NCBI GenBank assembly: GCA_020633055.1
Contig: JACKEJ010000004.1
Span: 641,914 to 705,913, forward strand
Length of the DNA stretch: 64,000 bases
Direction: 5' to 3'
Source: Sandaracinaceae bacterium
Lineage (GTDB): Bacteria > Myxococcota_A > Polyangia > Polyangiales > Houyiibacteriaceae
Shown here: in pieces, positions 1-8,015 of the stretch
Position numbering within the stretch: the first letter of the stretch is position 1
How the letters are laid out: each line of letters starts with the position of its first letter
Notes under the pieces: model-generated
The model's database searches: none
The model's input: only the letters and a program-made list of their open reading frames with translations
Told to the model about the DNA's origin: nothing
Translations under genes and position numbers: made by a program

Positions 1-223
1 GCAGCGACCACCCCACGCCCAGGAGCACCACCAGCGCCCCCACGGCGACCCCGGAGAGGAGCCGGCGACTGCGCGGGACTGCGAGTCTCTCGCGTCGGCT
101 CGACGCGCGCGGACGCGGCCCGCGACGACCAGCCTCGACGCGACGCCACAGGGCTTGCACGCGTCGTTCGTCCACGTCCGAATTCAGCGCTTCCCGTGCG
201 CGCTCGATGCGGTCCTGCGTCAT
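1..223 (-). CDS. ECF anti-sigma factor, N-terminal part (gene continues beyond window start)
   Basis: ATG at 223 overlaps (ATGA) the stop of the ECF sigma gene. Translation MTQDRIERAREALNSDVDERRVQALWRR...RRLLSGVAVGALVVLLGVGW is a short cytoplasmic N-terminus followed by one TM helix, typical of anti-sigma factors. Truncated by the window edge. Confidence 0.5.
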   Translation of the reverse strand, partial: MTQDRIERAREALNSDVDERRVQALWRRVEAGRRGPRPRASSRRERLAVPRSRRLLSGVAVGALVVLLGVGWSL

Positions 224-807
224 GGGCCCTCCATGAGCGTCTTCACGACTCCGTCAGCACGCGCGATGCGGCGCTTCGCCGTGGCCAAGCTGCACCCCAC
301 GAGGTCCGCCACCTCGCCCAGCGAGTGCCCGTGAAGGCGCCGGAGGATCCACGCGATCCGCTCTGCCGCGCCGAGGCGATCCAGCGCGCGATCGATGATC
401 CTCAGGTCGGCCCGCGCCTCCTGACCCGCGCGCTCGCTGGCCTGGCTCGCGAGCGGCGCGCACGCCTCGAACGTGCGGTCGAGCCCGAGCAGGCGGCGCA
501 AGCGCTGACGACGCATGCGCTTGTAGACCCGGTTCACCGTCATGCGCCGGACCCACGCGCCAAAGCGGTCCGCGTTCTGCAGGTCCTCGAGCTCGTCGAA
601 CGCGGAGACGAACACGTCCTGCACCACGTCCTCCGCGTCGGCGTCGTTGCGAAGCATGCGCCGCGCCAGGCACAACACGTCGCCCACGTGACGTCGGTAC
701 AACGCTTCCTCCGCCCAATGGTCCCCGCTGAGCGCCCGCATGACGAGAAACTCGTCGTCGGGAGCGGGCGCGGCGACGCGCTGAATCGGGATGAGGGCGT
801 AGGTCAC
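220..807 (-). CDS. ECF (sigma-70 family, RpoE-like) RNA polymerase sigma factor
   Basis: 195 aa with a region-2-like segment (VQDVFVSAFDEL...FGAWVRRMTVNRVYKRMRRQR) and a region-4 HTH (LGEVADLVGCSLATAKRRIARA). Co-oriented and translationally coupled with the downstream anti-sigma. Confidence 0.9.
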   Translation of the reverse strand: MTYALIPIQRVAAPAPDDEFLVMRALSGDHWAEEALYRRHVGDVLCLARRMLRNDADAEDVVQDVFVSAFDELEDLQNADRFGAWVRRMTVNRVYKRMRRQRLRRLLGLDRTFEACAPLASQASERAGQEARADLRIIDRALDRLGAAERIAWILRRLHGHSLGEVADLVGCSLATAKRRIARADGVVKTLMEGP

Positions 808-951
808 GTGATGGATGGACCCCGAGGGGCAAAAAACGGCTCACGCGTTTTCGACGTTCGAGGGAGCGTCGGTGCGCGCACGAGAGGCTGAGCCGAACGA
901 GGGCCGTCGGGGTCCTGTCCCTGCGCACCGTTCGAAAAGGGGAAACCGTCC

Positions 952-2889
952 ATGCTCACGCGCGCCACCATCCTTGCTCCCGCGACCATAGCGCTCTTTT
1001 GTCTACTGGGGTGCCTGGATCGCCCTCTGCGCGCCATCGTGCCGTGCACGCAGTCCGGCGTCGTGCAGGAGGTCGACATCACCAGCGTCGACCAGATCGA
1101 CCTGCTGTTCCTCGTGGACAACTCTGCCTCGATGAGGGAGGAGCAGTCCGCGCTGATCTCGGAGATCCCCCGCCTCGTGACGATCTTGGCGACAGGTCAG
1201 CTGCCAGATGGTGCCACGTTCGAGCCTGTGGCGAGCCTCCGTGTCGGCGTGATCACGAGTGACATGGGCGTCGGAGGCGTCGACACCGACGTCGAGCTGC
1301 TCTGCGGCACGCCAGAAGGTGACGACGGGCTGTTGTTGACGATGCACCGAGGCGGCGACGCGACCTGCGACGACGCCTACCCCCGATTCCTCGACTTCGC
1401 TTCGACCACCGACGACCCGACCGCGTTCGCGGACAGCGTGGGATGCCTGGCGGACACCGGCAGCGACGGGTGCGCGTTCGAGCAGCAGCTCGAGGCCGTG
1501 CTCAAGGCGCTCACGCCCTCGACGTCGGACATCACGTTTCGGCGGACACGCGGCGGTGTCGAGGTGAGCAACACGCCGGGTCATGGCGACACCGAGAACG
1601 CCGTGGACCGCGGTGACGGGACGCGCGAAGGCTTCGTGCGACCGAACTCGCTGCTCGCCATCGTCGTGGTCACGGACGAGGACGACTGCTCGAGCGAAGA
1701 CATCGACCTGTACGATGTGTCCGAGGACTCCGTGTACCCCGTGCCGACCTTCATCGATGGGCAGGGCATACGACGGCAGGCGCGGAAGCGACAGTGCTCC
1801 GCCCATCGCCAGGCGCAGCACCCGATCGCGCGCTACGTGGATGGCCTGCTCGCGCTGCGCCCCGAGGCGGAAGGTAGGCTGATCTTCGCGTTGCTCGGAG
1901 GTATCGCCCCAGAGGTGGTGGACACGAACAGCGAGCAGGTGGTTCACAACGGTGTGCCGGTGCTCGAGCACGACTACGCGGGCATGCTGGCCGATCCCTC
2001 CATGGAAGAGCGGCCCACCTCGTTCGGAGACGACCTCGTCCCGGGGTGCACGCGACCGAACCCCGAAGCTCCCTCGAACGAGTTCCTACGGAACGACGCC
2101 TACCCACCACGGCGCTTGGTCCAAGTGGCCGCGGGCCTCCAAGAGCGCGGCGCGGCTGGGGTGGTCGCCTCGATCTGCCAAGCCGTGGACGCCGCCCAGG
2201 GAGACTATCGCGCGGACTTCGGGCCGGCGATCGACGCCATCGTCGCCGCAATCGCGTCGAAGATCCCGTCCAGCTGCCTCCCGCGACCCCTCATCCGCAA
2301 CGGCCTCGGGAACGTCACGTGCAACATCCTCGAGACGCTCCCCAGCGGCGCCTCCTGCGCCGACCACGCAACCCGTGGGCGCAACCCCGAGGCGCACAGC
2401 ATCACACCAGACGGGCGCGAGGTGTGCAGCGTGCGCCAGATCGCGCCCTCGCGGGAAGAGCGGAGCGCGGGTGCCGACCCGGCGGGCGTGGGTTGGTTCT
2501 ACGACGACTACTCCGCCCGCGTGAACGAGGACTGCACCGAGGACCGCCGCCAGCAGGTCCGCTTCACGAGCGGCGCCGAGCCCGTGACGGGCGCGACGTT
2601 CCGGCTCGAGTGCGTGACCCCCGTCTCCCCACCCGAGTCGACCGTCGACATCGGGACCTCGTGTGAGGGGAACGCGCAGCGCTGCGAACTCTCGGGCGTG
2701 GCGCTGGACCGCCTCCGATCGCAGTACGACCGCCCGAGGGCCGCGCTGGTGTGCGACGACTACTCGAACACCTGCCGCCTGGTGTGCACGGCGGACGCCG
2801 ACTGCCCTGGGGGTTACGTCTGCTTCGACGCGGCCCAAGGAAACCTCGGCAGCGCCGCGTACTGCTTGAGCCCGACCTGCGAGTTCTGA
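952..2889 (+). CDS. secreted lipoprotein with von Willebrand factor A-like (MIDAS DxSxS) domain
   Basis: Signal peptide with lipobox LLGC. LLFLVDNSASM matches a VWA MIDAS motif. Cys-rich C-terminus. Divergent from the ECF sigma operon. Confidence 0.8.
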   Translation: MLTRATILAPATIALFCLLGCLDRPLRAIVPCTQSGVVQEVDITSVDQIDLLFLVDNSASMREEQSALISEIPRLVTILATGQLPDGATFEPVASLRVGVITSDMGVGGVDTDVELLCGTPEGDDGLLLTMHRGGDATCDDAYPRFLDFASTTDDPTAFADSVGCLADTGSDGCAFEQQLEAVLKALTPSTSDITFRRTRGGVEVSNTPGHGDTENAVDRGDGTREGFVRPNSLLAIVVVTDEDDCSSEDIDLYDVSEDSVYPVPTFIDGQGIRRQARKRQCSAHRQAQHPIARYVDGLLALRPEAEGRLIFALLGGIAPEVVDTNSEQVVHNGVPVLEHDYAGMLADPSMEERPTSFGDDLVPGCTRPNPEAPSNEFLRNDAYPPRRLVQVAAGLQERGAAGVVASICQAVDAAQGDYRADFGPAIDAIVAAIASKIPSSCLPRPLIRNGLGNVTCNILETLPSGASCADHATRGRNPEAHSITPDGREVCSVRQIAPSREERSAGADPAGVGWFYDDYSARVNEDCTEDRRQQVRFTSGAEPVTGATFRLECVTPVSPPESTVDIGTSCEGNAQRCELSGVALDRLRSQYDRPRAALVCDDYSNTCRLVCTADADCPGGYVCFDAAQGNLGSAAYCLSPTCEF

Positions 2890-2947
2890 GCCGCCCGACG
2901 CACGGCGCGGTGTCCCATGCCGCGCGACCGGTGACACCATGCGTCGT

Positions 2948-4099
2948 TCAAGGGGCGGGGTCCGTCTCGACCTCCACGCGGTCCCGGCCACGCTCCTTCG
3001 CGCGATAGAGCGCGGCGTCGGCGGCGCGCACCAGTTGCTCGCCGCTGCGGGGTTGACCCGGGACCAGCGCCGCGCACCCAGCGCTGGCGGTGACGCGCAA
3101 CGCGTGCTCGTCGTGCTCCACCACCAGCGCGCGGATGGCAGCGCACACGCGCTCGGCGGCGGCGCGAGCGCCCGAGAGCTCGGCCTCCGGCAGCACCAGC
3201 AGAAGCTCCTCGCCACCGTAGCGCCCTGCGGCGTCCACCTCGCGTAGATGCGACGCCACGACCTCGCCGACGGCCTGCAGCACCGCGTCCCCGGCGCGGT
3301 GGCCGTGGGTGTCGTTCACACGCTTGAAGTGGTCGAGGTCCAGCATGACCACCGCCAACGGTGCATCGAAGCGCTGGGCGCGCGTGATCTCACGTTCGAG
3401 CATGTCCTCGAGACCGCGCCGGTTGGCGAGCCCCGTGAGCACGTCGGTGGCCAGCAGCTCGTTGATCTCCTCCTGGCGTGCCCGCGCGAGCGCCATGGCG
3501 AGACCCGTCCCCGCCAGCACCGCGGCGGTGAGGACCACCGTGAACGCGAGGTTGAGGTAGACCCACACATCGGGGGGGCGCTCGCCTGCGAACACGACGG
3601 AGCTGAAGACCGGTCCGTAGAGCAGGAGGCCGGCGCGCTCGAGGATGGTGGTGCCCACGATGACCAGGAGCCCGACCAATCCCCCTTGCGCCGCCCGTCG
3701 GACATCGAACAGCAGGAACACGGCCATGCCGCCCGCCTGGTACCCGATCAGCACCGGCGTCGAGAACGGCCCCACCAAGTAGGCGCCAAGCCCCATCAGC
3801 ACGAACCACGAGTGGATCACCGCCCGCACGAAGAGGTCGTGTGTGCCCTCGCGGCGGCGCAGGACGAACCACAAGACGAACAGCCCCGAGAAGGCCGAGA
3901 GGATGCCGACCAGGAAGCTGTGTGTGGTGGCGAGCGCGGGGCGCGAAATGTATGGCTCGACGGTGGGATCCGCGAGCAGCCCGTTCACGCGGTAGAGGTA
4001 GAACAGCGTGAACGGGATGGGAGGGAAGAAGATCAGGATCGTCTTCTGGATGTCGGTCCACTCGAGGGGGTTGCCCAACGTCCGCAGCGCACGCGGCAT
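2948..4099 (-). CDS. membrane-anchored diguanylate cyclase (GGDEF domain, GGEEL variant)
   Basis: About six N-terminal TM helices, then LTGLANRR...HFKRVNDTHGH...RYGGEELLLVLPE, the GGDEF fold. Start taken at the Met of MPRALR; the upstream in-frame extension has no features. Confidence 0.85.
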   Translation of the reverse strand: MPRALRTLGNPLEWTDIQKTILIFFPPIPFTLFYLYRVNGLLADPTVEPYISRPALATTHSFLVGILSAFSGLFVLWFVLRRREGTHDLFVRAVIHSWFVLMGLGAYLVGPFSTPVLIGYQAGGMAVFLLFDVRRAAQGGLVGLLVIVGTTILERAGLLLYGPVFSSVVFAGERPPDVWVYLNLAFTVVLTAAVLAGTGLAMALARARQEEINELLATDVLTGLANRRGLEDMLEREITRAQRFDAPLAVVMLDLDHFKRVNDTHGHRAGDAVLQAVGEVVASHLREVDAAGRYGGEELLLVLPEAELSGARAAAERVCAAIRALVVEHDEHALRVTASAGCAALVPGQPRSGEQLVRAADAALYRAKERGRDRVEVETDPAP

Positions 4100-4164
4100 G
4101 CGTGAGCGGGGCGGTCGGGTAGGCGATCCCGAGAGGTGCACGCCCCGGAGCGTACCTCATCTGC

Positions 4165-5058
4165 TCATCTGCTGTGGATCAGCTCGGCCACGCGCTCCAC
4201 CTGGTCGAGCGCCACGGACGTCGGCACCAGCAGGAGCTCGTCCACACCGAGCCCCTCGAGCTCGTCCATGATGGTGAGCAGCGCCTCGGGCGAGCGGGCG
4301 CGTACCATGGGTGTCACCTGCGCCGCAGCCCCCGGGCCCATGAAGCGCAGATAGCGCCCGAGGTAGTCGAGGATCTGCGCGCCCGCGGCGTCCGCGTCAG
4401 AGCCCAGCGCGTACCAGCATGCCACCTGGATGTAGGGCTTGGTCTCGCGTCCCTCGCGCTCCCAGGCCTCCTTGGCGGTCTTCATCTGGAAGCTCACCAC
4501 GGGCGCCGTGGGCCCGAAGTCGAACGTGCTGAGCCCGTCCGCCCAACGCGCAGCGCGCTCGATGCTCTTGGCCATCAGGCTCCCCGCGAGCACGGGCGGC
4601 CCACCGGGCTGCACGGGCGCGGGCCCCACCGGGAACGCCCCCTCGACGATGGTGCCCTGGGCCCACACCTCGCGCATGCGCGCGACGGCCTTCTCCATGC
4701 GCGTCAGGCGGCGCTTGTCGTACACGGCGCCGATGGCCTTGTAGTCCTCCTCGCGCCCACCCACGCCGACCCCGAACACCACGCGCCCACCGGACAGCAC
4801 GTCCAGCGTGGCCACCTGCTTGGCCATCAGCACGGGGTCGTGCATGGGCGCGACCATCACGGTGGCCGCCAGCTTCACGCGCTCGGTGACCGTGGCCGCC
4901 GCCCCCAGCGCGGCGATGATGTCCGGGTTGTAGAAGGCGACGCGCTCTCCTGCGGCGAGCGTGTGGAAGGGCCCCTGGTCCACCGCGCGGCACCACGCGA
5001 GGAAGGTGTCGCGGTCGAGCCCGGGCGCCATGACGGGCAGGTTCATTCCGATGTGCAT
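4165..5058 (-). CDS. LLM-class (luciferase-like) flavin-dependent oxidoreductase
   Basis: 297 aa with typical TIM-barrel LLM signatures (LDVLSGGRVVFGVGVGG, EEDYKAIGAVYDKRRL). Length and composition fit F420/FMN-dependent LLM enzymes. Confidence 0.85.
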   Translation of the reverse strand: MHIGMNLPVMAPGLDRDTFLAWCRAVDQGPFHTLAAGERVAFYNPDIIAALGAAATVTERVKLAATVMVAPMHDPVLMAKQVATLDVLSGGRVVFGVGVGGREEDYKAIGAVYDKRRLTRMEKAVARMREVWAQGTIVEGAFPVGPAPVQPGGPPVLAGSLMAKSIERAARWADGLSTFDFGPTAPVVSFQMKTAKEAWEREGRETKPYIQVACWYALGSDADAAGAQILDYLGRYLRFMGPGAAAQVTPMVRARSPEALLTIMDELEGLGVDELLLVPTSVALDQVERVAELIHSR

Positions 5059-5425
5059 GGCGCGCAGCGTACCGAAAACGTCGCGATCCCGGCGAGTGAA
5101 CGCGCGGGGCCTTGCTCGGGGCCGCTACGGCGCGCACATCAGGCGCGTGCTGGCGCAGCTGAGCCTCGTCCTGGTCGCCGTGAACGTGCTGACCGCGTGC
5201 GTGTTCGCGTACGACAAGTGGCGCGCCACCCGAGGTGGATGGCGCGTGCGGGAGCGGACGCTGCTGGGATTGGCTGCGCTCGGCGGAGCCGCCGGCGCGC
5301 TGTTGGCCATGCGGGCCTGCCGCCACAAGACGCGCAAACCCGCGTTCCGGTGGGGCGTGCCCGCGCTGCTGGTGCTGCAGGCGGGGCTGGCCAGCGCGTG
5401 GCTGCTTCGAGGACAGCTCGGGTAG
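5057..5425 (+). CDS. DUF1294 family small membrane protein
   Basis: C-terminal 90 aa (YDKWRATRGGWRVRERTLLGLAALGGAAGALLAMRACRHKTRKPAFRW...) matches the DUF1294 pattern. The true start is uncertain and may be an internal GTG near 5147. Confidence 0.6.
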   Translation: MARSVPKTSRSRRVNARGLARGRYGAHIRRVLAQLSLVLVAVNVLTACVFAYDKWRATRGGWRVRERTLLGLAALGGAAGALLAMRACRHKTRKPAFRWGVPALLVLQAGLASAWLLRGQLG

Positions 5426-5545
5426 CAACCGGCGCGAATTGGCGCGGGGATCGGTGGGTAGCTTCCCCGGGTCGTCCGGCGTCGTGGCCCGCGGGTTCAC
5501 GCGTGTCGCAGCCCGCGATGCCTCACAGGTCGCGTACGCGCACGT

Positions 5546-6190
5546 TCAGGCGGCGCCTGTCGTGAAGCGCGCCCAGGCCTCGTGCCGCTGCACCACCGCG
5601 GCGAGCAGCTCGTAGCCGAGCGCGCCAGGGTGGTAGCCGTCGCCTGCGTCGAGCGCGGGCAGGTAGTCGGGGTCCGCTCGCGTCGCGGCGTGCACGGGAA
5701 TGAAGGGCACGCCGAGCTCTGCGCAGAGGGCGGCGAGCTGCTCCGACCGCTCGGCGATGTGGGCGTCGCTGGGCTGATCCGCCACGGCAGGGGGACCCAC
5801 CATCAGGACGGGTCCGAGCGCCTGCGCGCCCGTGAAGATGGCGCGCGCATAGCTCCGCGTCTCGTCCGCCAGCAGCAAGCTGGGCCCGCCGGGGTACAGC
5901 GTGCGCGCGTCGTTCACGCCGAACGCGAACACCATGCGAGGCGCGACACCGTCGGGCCGGCGCGCGTCCAGCTCGGCGCGGAAGCGGCGCGCGATGCCCC
6001 CGCTGGTGTCGCCGCGCACCCCCAGGTTGTAGAAGGTGGCGGGCAGCTCGCCCTCGGGCGTGTCAGCGCGCCCGTCGGGCCCCCGCGCGCCGAGGTCGCG
6101 CATGACGCGCCCCACCCAGCCGAGGGCCTGGGGGTCACCCACGCCCAGCGTGAGGGAGTCGCCGAAGAAGTAGAAGCGCGTGTCGGCCAT
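5546..6190 (-). CDS. SGNH/GDSL hydrolase family protein
   Basis: N-terminal FYFFGDSLTLGVGD (block I, catalytic Ser), FAFGVNDA (block III) and DGYHP near the C-terminus (block V, catalytic His). Confidence 0.85.
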   Translation of the reverse strand: MADTRFYFFGDSLTLGVGDPQALGWVGRVMRDLGARGPDGRADTPEGELPATFYNLGVRGDTSGGIARRFRAELDARRPDGVAPRMVFAFGVNDARTLYPGGPSLLLADETRSYARAIFTGAQALGPVLMVGPPAVADQPSDAHIAERSEQLAALCAELGVPFIPVHAATRADPDYLPALDAGDGYHPGALGYELLAAVVQRHEAWARFTTGAA

Positions 6191-6202
6191 GCGGCAGAAC
6201 AT

Positions 6203-6275
6203 GGCTCACAGGTTGGGTGCTGTCCGCTCGTTCCAAAACATAGACCAGCGTCTAACTTTAGACTAGAGTACAGAC
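6203..6275. promoter_or_regulatory. AT-rich divergent promoter/operator region between the SGNH hydrolase and TetR genes
   Basis: Locally AT-rich in a 70% GC genome. Contains TAGACcagcGTCTA (5-bp inverted repeat) and repeated TAGAC/CTAGA half-sites, which makes it a candidate TetR operator. Confidence 0.4.
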
Positions 6276-7049
6276 ATGTCCGAGCCGAGCCTGCGCGAGC
6301 GCAAGAAGCACGAGGTGCGCGAGCGCTTGTGCCAAGAGGCGCGCCGACTGCTGGCCGCGAGCGACGACGGGGGCGTGTCGGTCGAGCAGATCGCCGAGGC
6401 CGCGGGCGTGTCCCGCGCGACGTTCTTCAACTACTTCCCTTCCAAGGGTGCGCTGCTGGACGAGCTGGCGCGGCGCATGACGGGACGGCACCAGCGCTAC
6501 CTCGCCGAGGTCAGCGCCGAAGGGGAGGCGCTGGAGCCCACCCTGGTGCGCTGGTTCGCGCGCTCGGTGCAGACCGTCCGGCGCTCGGAAGCCACCAGCC
6601 GGCTGCTCTTCGGTCGCGCCTTCGCAGGGGCCGAGGAGAACGAGCTTCGCGCGGCGCAGATGGCCGACGTTCACCGCGCCTATGCCGACCTGCTGCGGAC
6701 GGCCCAGGTCCGCGGTGAGGTAGCGGTTGGAGCCGACGTGAGCTTCTACGCGGAGATGATGGCCGGCGCGATGACCGCCCTGCTCAACAACTGGTTCAAC
6801 GACCCGAGCTACCCGCTGGAGGCCCGTGCCGAGCAGACCGCGCGCTTTCTGGCGAGCGCGATCGCGGCCGACCACGCGCCTTCGAGGAACGCCCGGGCCG
6901 CCCAGGCCCCGTCGCGCGCTGCCGCGACCCGGCGCGCGTCCGCAGGCACCCAACCTGCGGCAGGAGCATCGCCACCGTCCGCGCGTGAGGCAGCCCCCAA
7001 GTCCCCCACCAAGAAGCGCAGGAGCAAAGCCCATGACCGCAGCGCGTGA
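6276..7049 (+). CDS. TetR family transcriptional regulator
   Basis: N-terminal HTH (ERKKHEVRERLCQEARRLLAAS...VSVEQIAEAAGVSRATFFNYFPSKGALL) is a classic TetR_N match. Low-complexity basic C-terminal tail. Confidence 0.85.
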   Translation: MSEPSLRERKKHEVRERLCQEARRLLAASDDGGVSVEQIAEAAGVSRATFFNYFPSKGALLDELARRMTGRHQRYLAEVSAEGEALEPTLVRWFARSVQTVRRSEATSRLLFGRAFAGAEENELRAAQMADVHRAYADLLRTAQVRGEVAVGADVSFYAEMMAGAMTALLNNWFNDPSYPLEARAEQTARFLASAIAADHAPSRNARAAQAPSRAAATRRASAGTQPAAGASPPSAREAAPKSPTKKRRSKAHDRSA

Positions 7050-7998
7050 CGCGAGCATCTCCTCCGGACGGGCGTTCCCCGGCTACCCCCGCGGCTGGTT
7101 CGCCGTGGCCCTCGGGACCGAGGTCACCTCGGACGCACCGCTCACGCTGCGCTACTTCGGGCGCGAGCTGGTGGCCTTCCGTAGCACGGATGGGCTCCCT
7201 ACCGTGCTCGACGCACACTGCCCACACCTGGGCGCGCACGTTGGACACGGCGGCTCCGTCGTCGACGGCTGCGTGCGCTGCCCCTTCCACGCATGGAAGT
7301 TCGACGCCGCCGGCCGCTGCGTCGAGGTCCCCTACGCGCGCCAGATCCCGAAGCGCGCCCGCCTGCGCGCTTGGCCCACCGTGGAGCGCAACGGCCTCGT
7401 GTTCGTCCACTACGACCCGTGCGGGCGCGAGCCAGACTACGAGATCCCCGCCCTGCCTCAGGTGGGCGACACCCGCTGGACCACCTTCCGGCACGGCAAG
7501 CTGCGGCTGCGCACGCACTCCCGCGAGATCCTGGAGAACGTGGTCGACGTCGCCCACTTTCCGACGGTCCACAAGAACGTCCCCGTGGCCTTCGAGAACG
7601 AGTTCGAGGGGCACCGCGCCGTACAGCGCTCGGCCGGGCACGGCATGGGCGAGCACGCGACCACCCAGTACCGGCTGGAGGCGACCTACTACGGGCCGGG
7701 CTTCCAGATCACGGACATGGACTCGGTGGTGCAGACGCTCATGTACAACGCGCACACCATGGTGGACGAGGAGCACGTGGACCTGCGCTTCGGCGTGATG
7801 ATCGCCCCGGGCACCGCCGGGGAGCGCTTCTCGGAGGCGTACGTGGACCACTACGTGGACACGCTCATGCACGGCTTCCGGCAGGACGCGCGCATCTGGG
7901 AGCACAAGCGCTACCGCACGCAGCCCGCGCTGTGCGACGGGGACGGCCCCATCACGCAGCTGCGGCGCTGGTACGCGCAGTATTACGACGCGCCCTGA
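7033..7998 (+). CDS. Rieske [2Fe-2S] non-heme iron oxygenase (KshA/PAO-like family)
   Basis: Rieske motif CPHLGAH...CPFHAW and a mononuclear-iron motif VVDVAHFPTVH (D/E-x2-H-x4-H). Start overlaps the TetR stop, suggesting a TetR-regulated operon. Confidence 0.85.
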   Translation: MTAARDASISSGRAFPGYPRGWFAVALGTEVTSDAPLTLRYFGRELVAFRSTDGLPTVLDAHCPHLGAHVGHGGSVVDGCVRCPFHAWKFDAAGRCVEVPYARQIPKRARLRAWPTVERNGLVFVHYDPCGREPDYEIPALPQVGDTRWTTFRHGKLRLRTHSREILENVVDVAHFPTVHKNVPVAFENEFEGHRAVQRSAGHGMGEHATTQYRLEATYYGPGFQITDMDSVVQTLMYNAHTMVDEEHVDLRFGVMIAPGTAGERFSEAYVDHYVDTLMHGFRQDARIWEHKRYRTQPALCDGDGPITQLRRWYAQYYDAP

Positions 7999-8015
7999 AG
8001 CAAGGCGCGCGCGGA

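Noticed and set aside
808-951. Search for an ECF-type promoter (GGAAC-N16-CGTC-like) upstream of the sigma operon
   Set aside because: No convincing -35/-10 pair with correct spacing was found by eye, so no promoter feature is reported.
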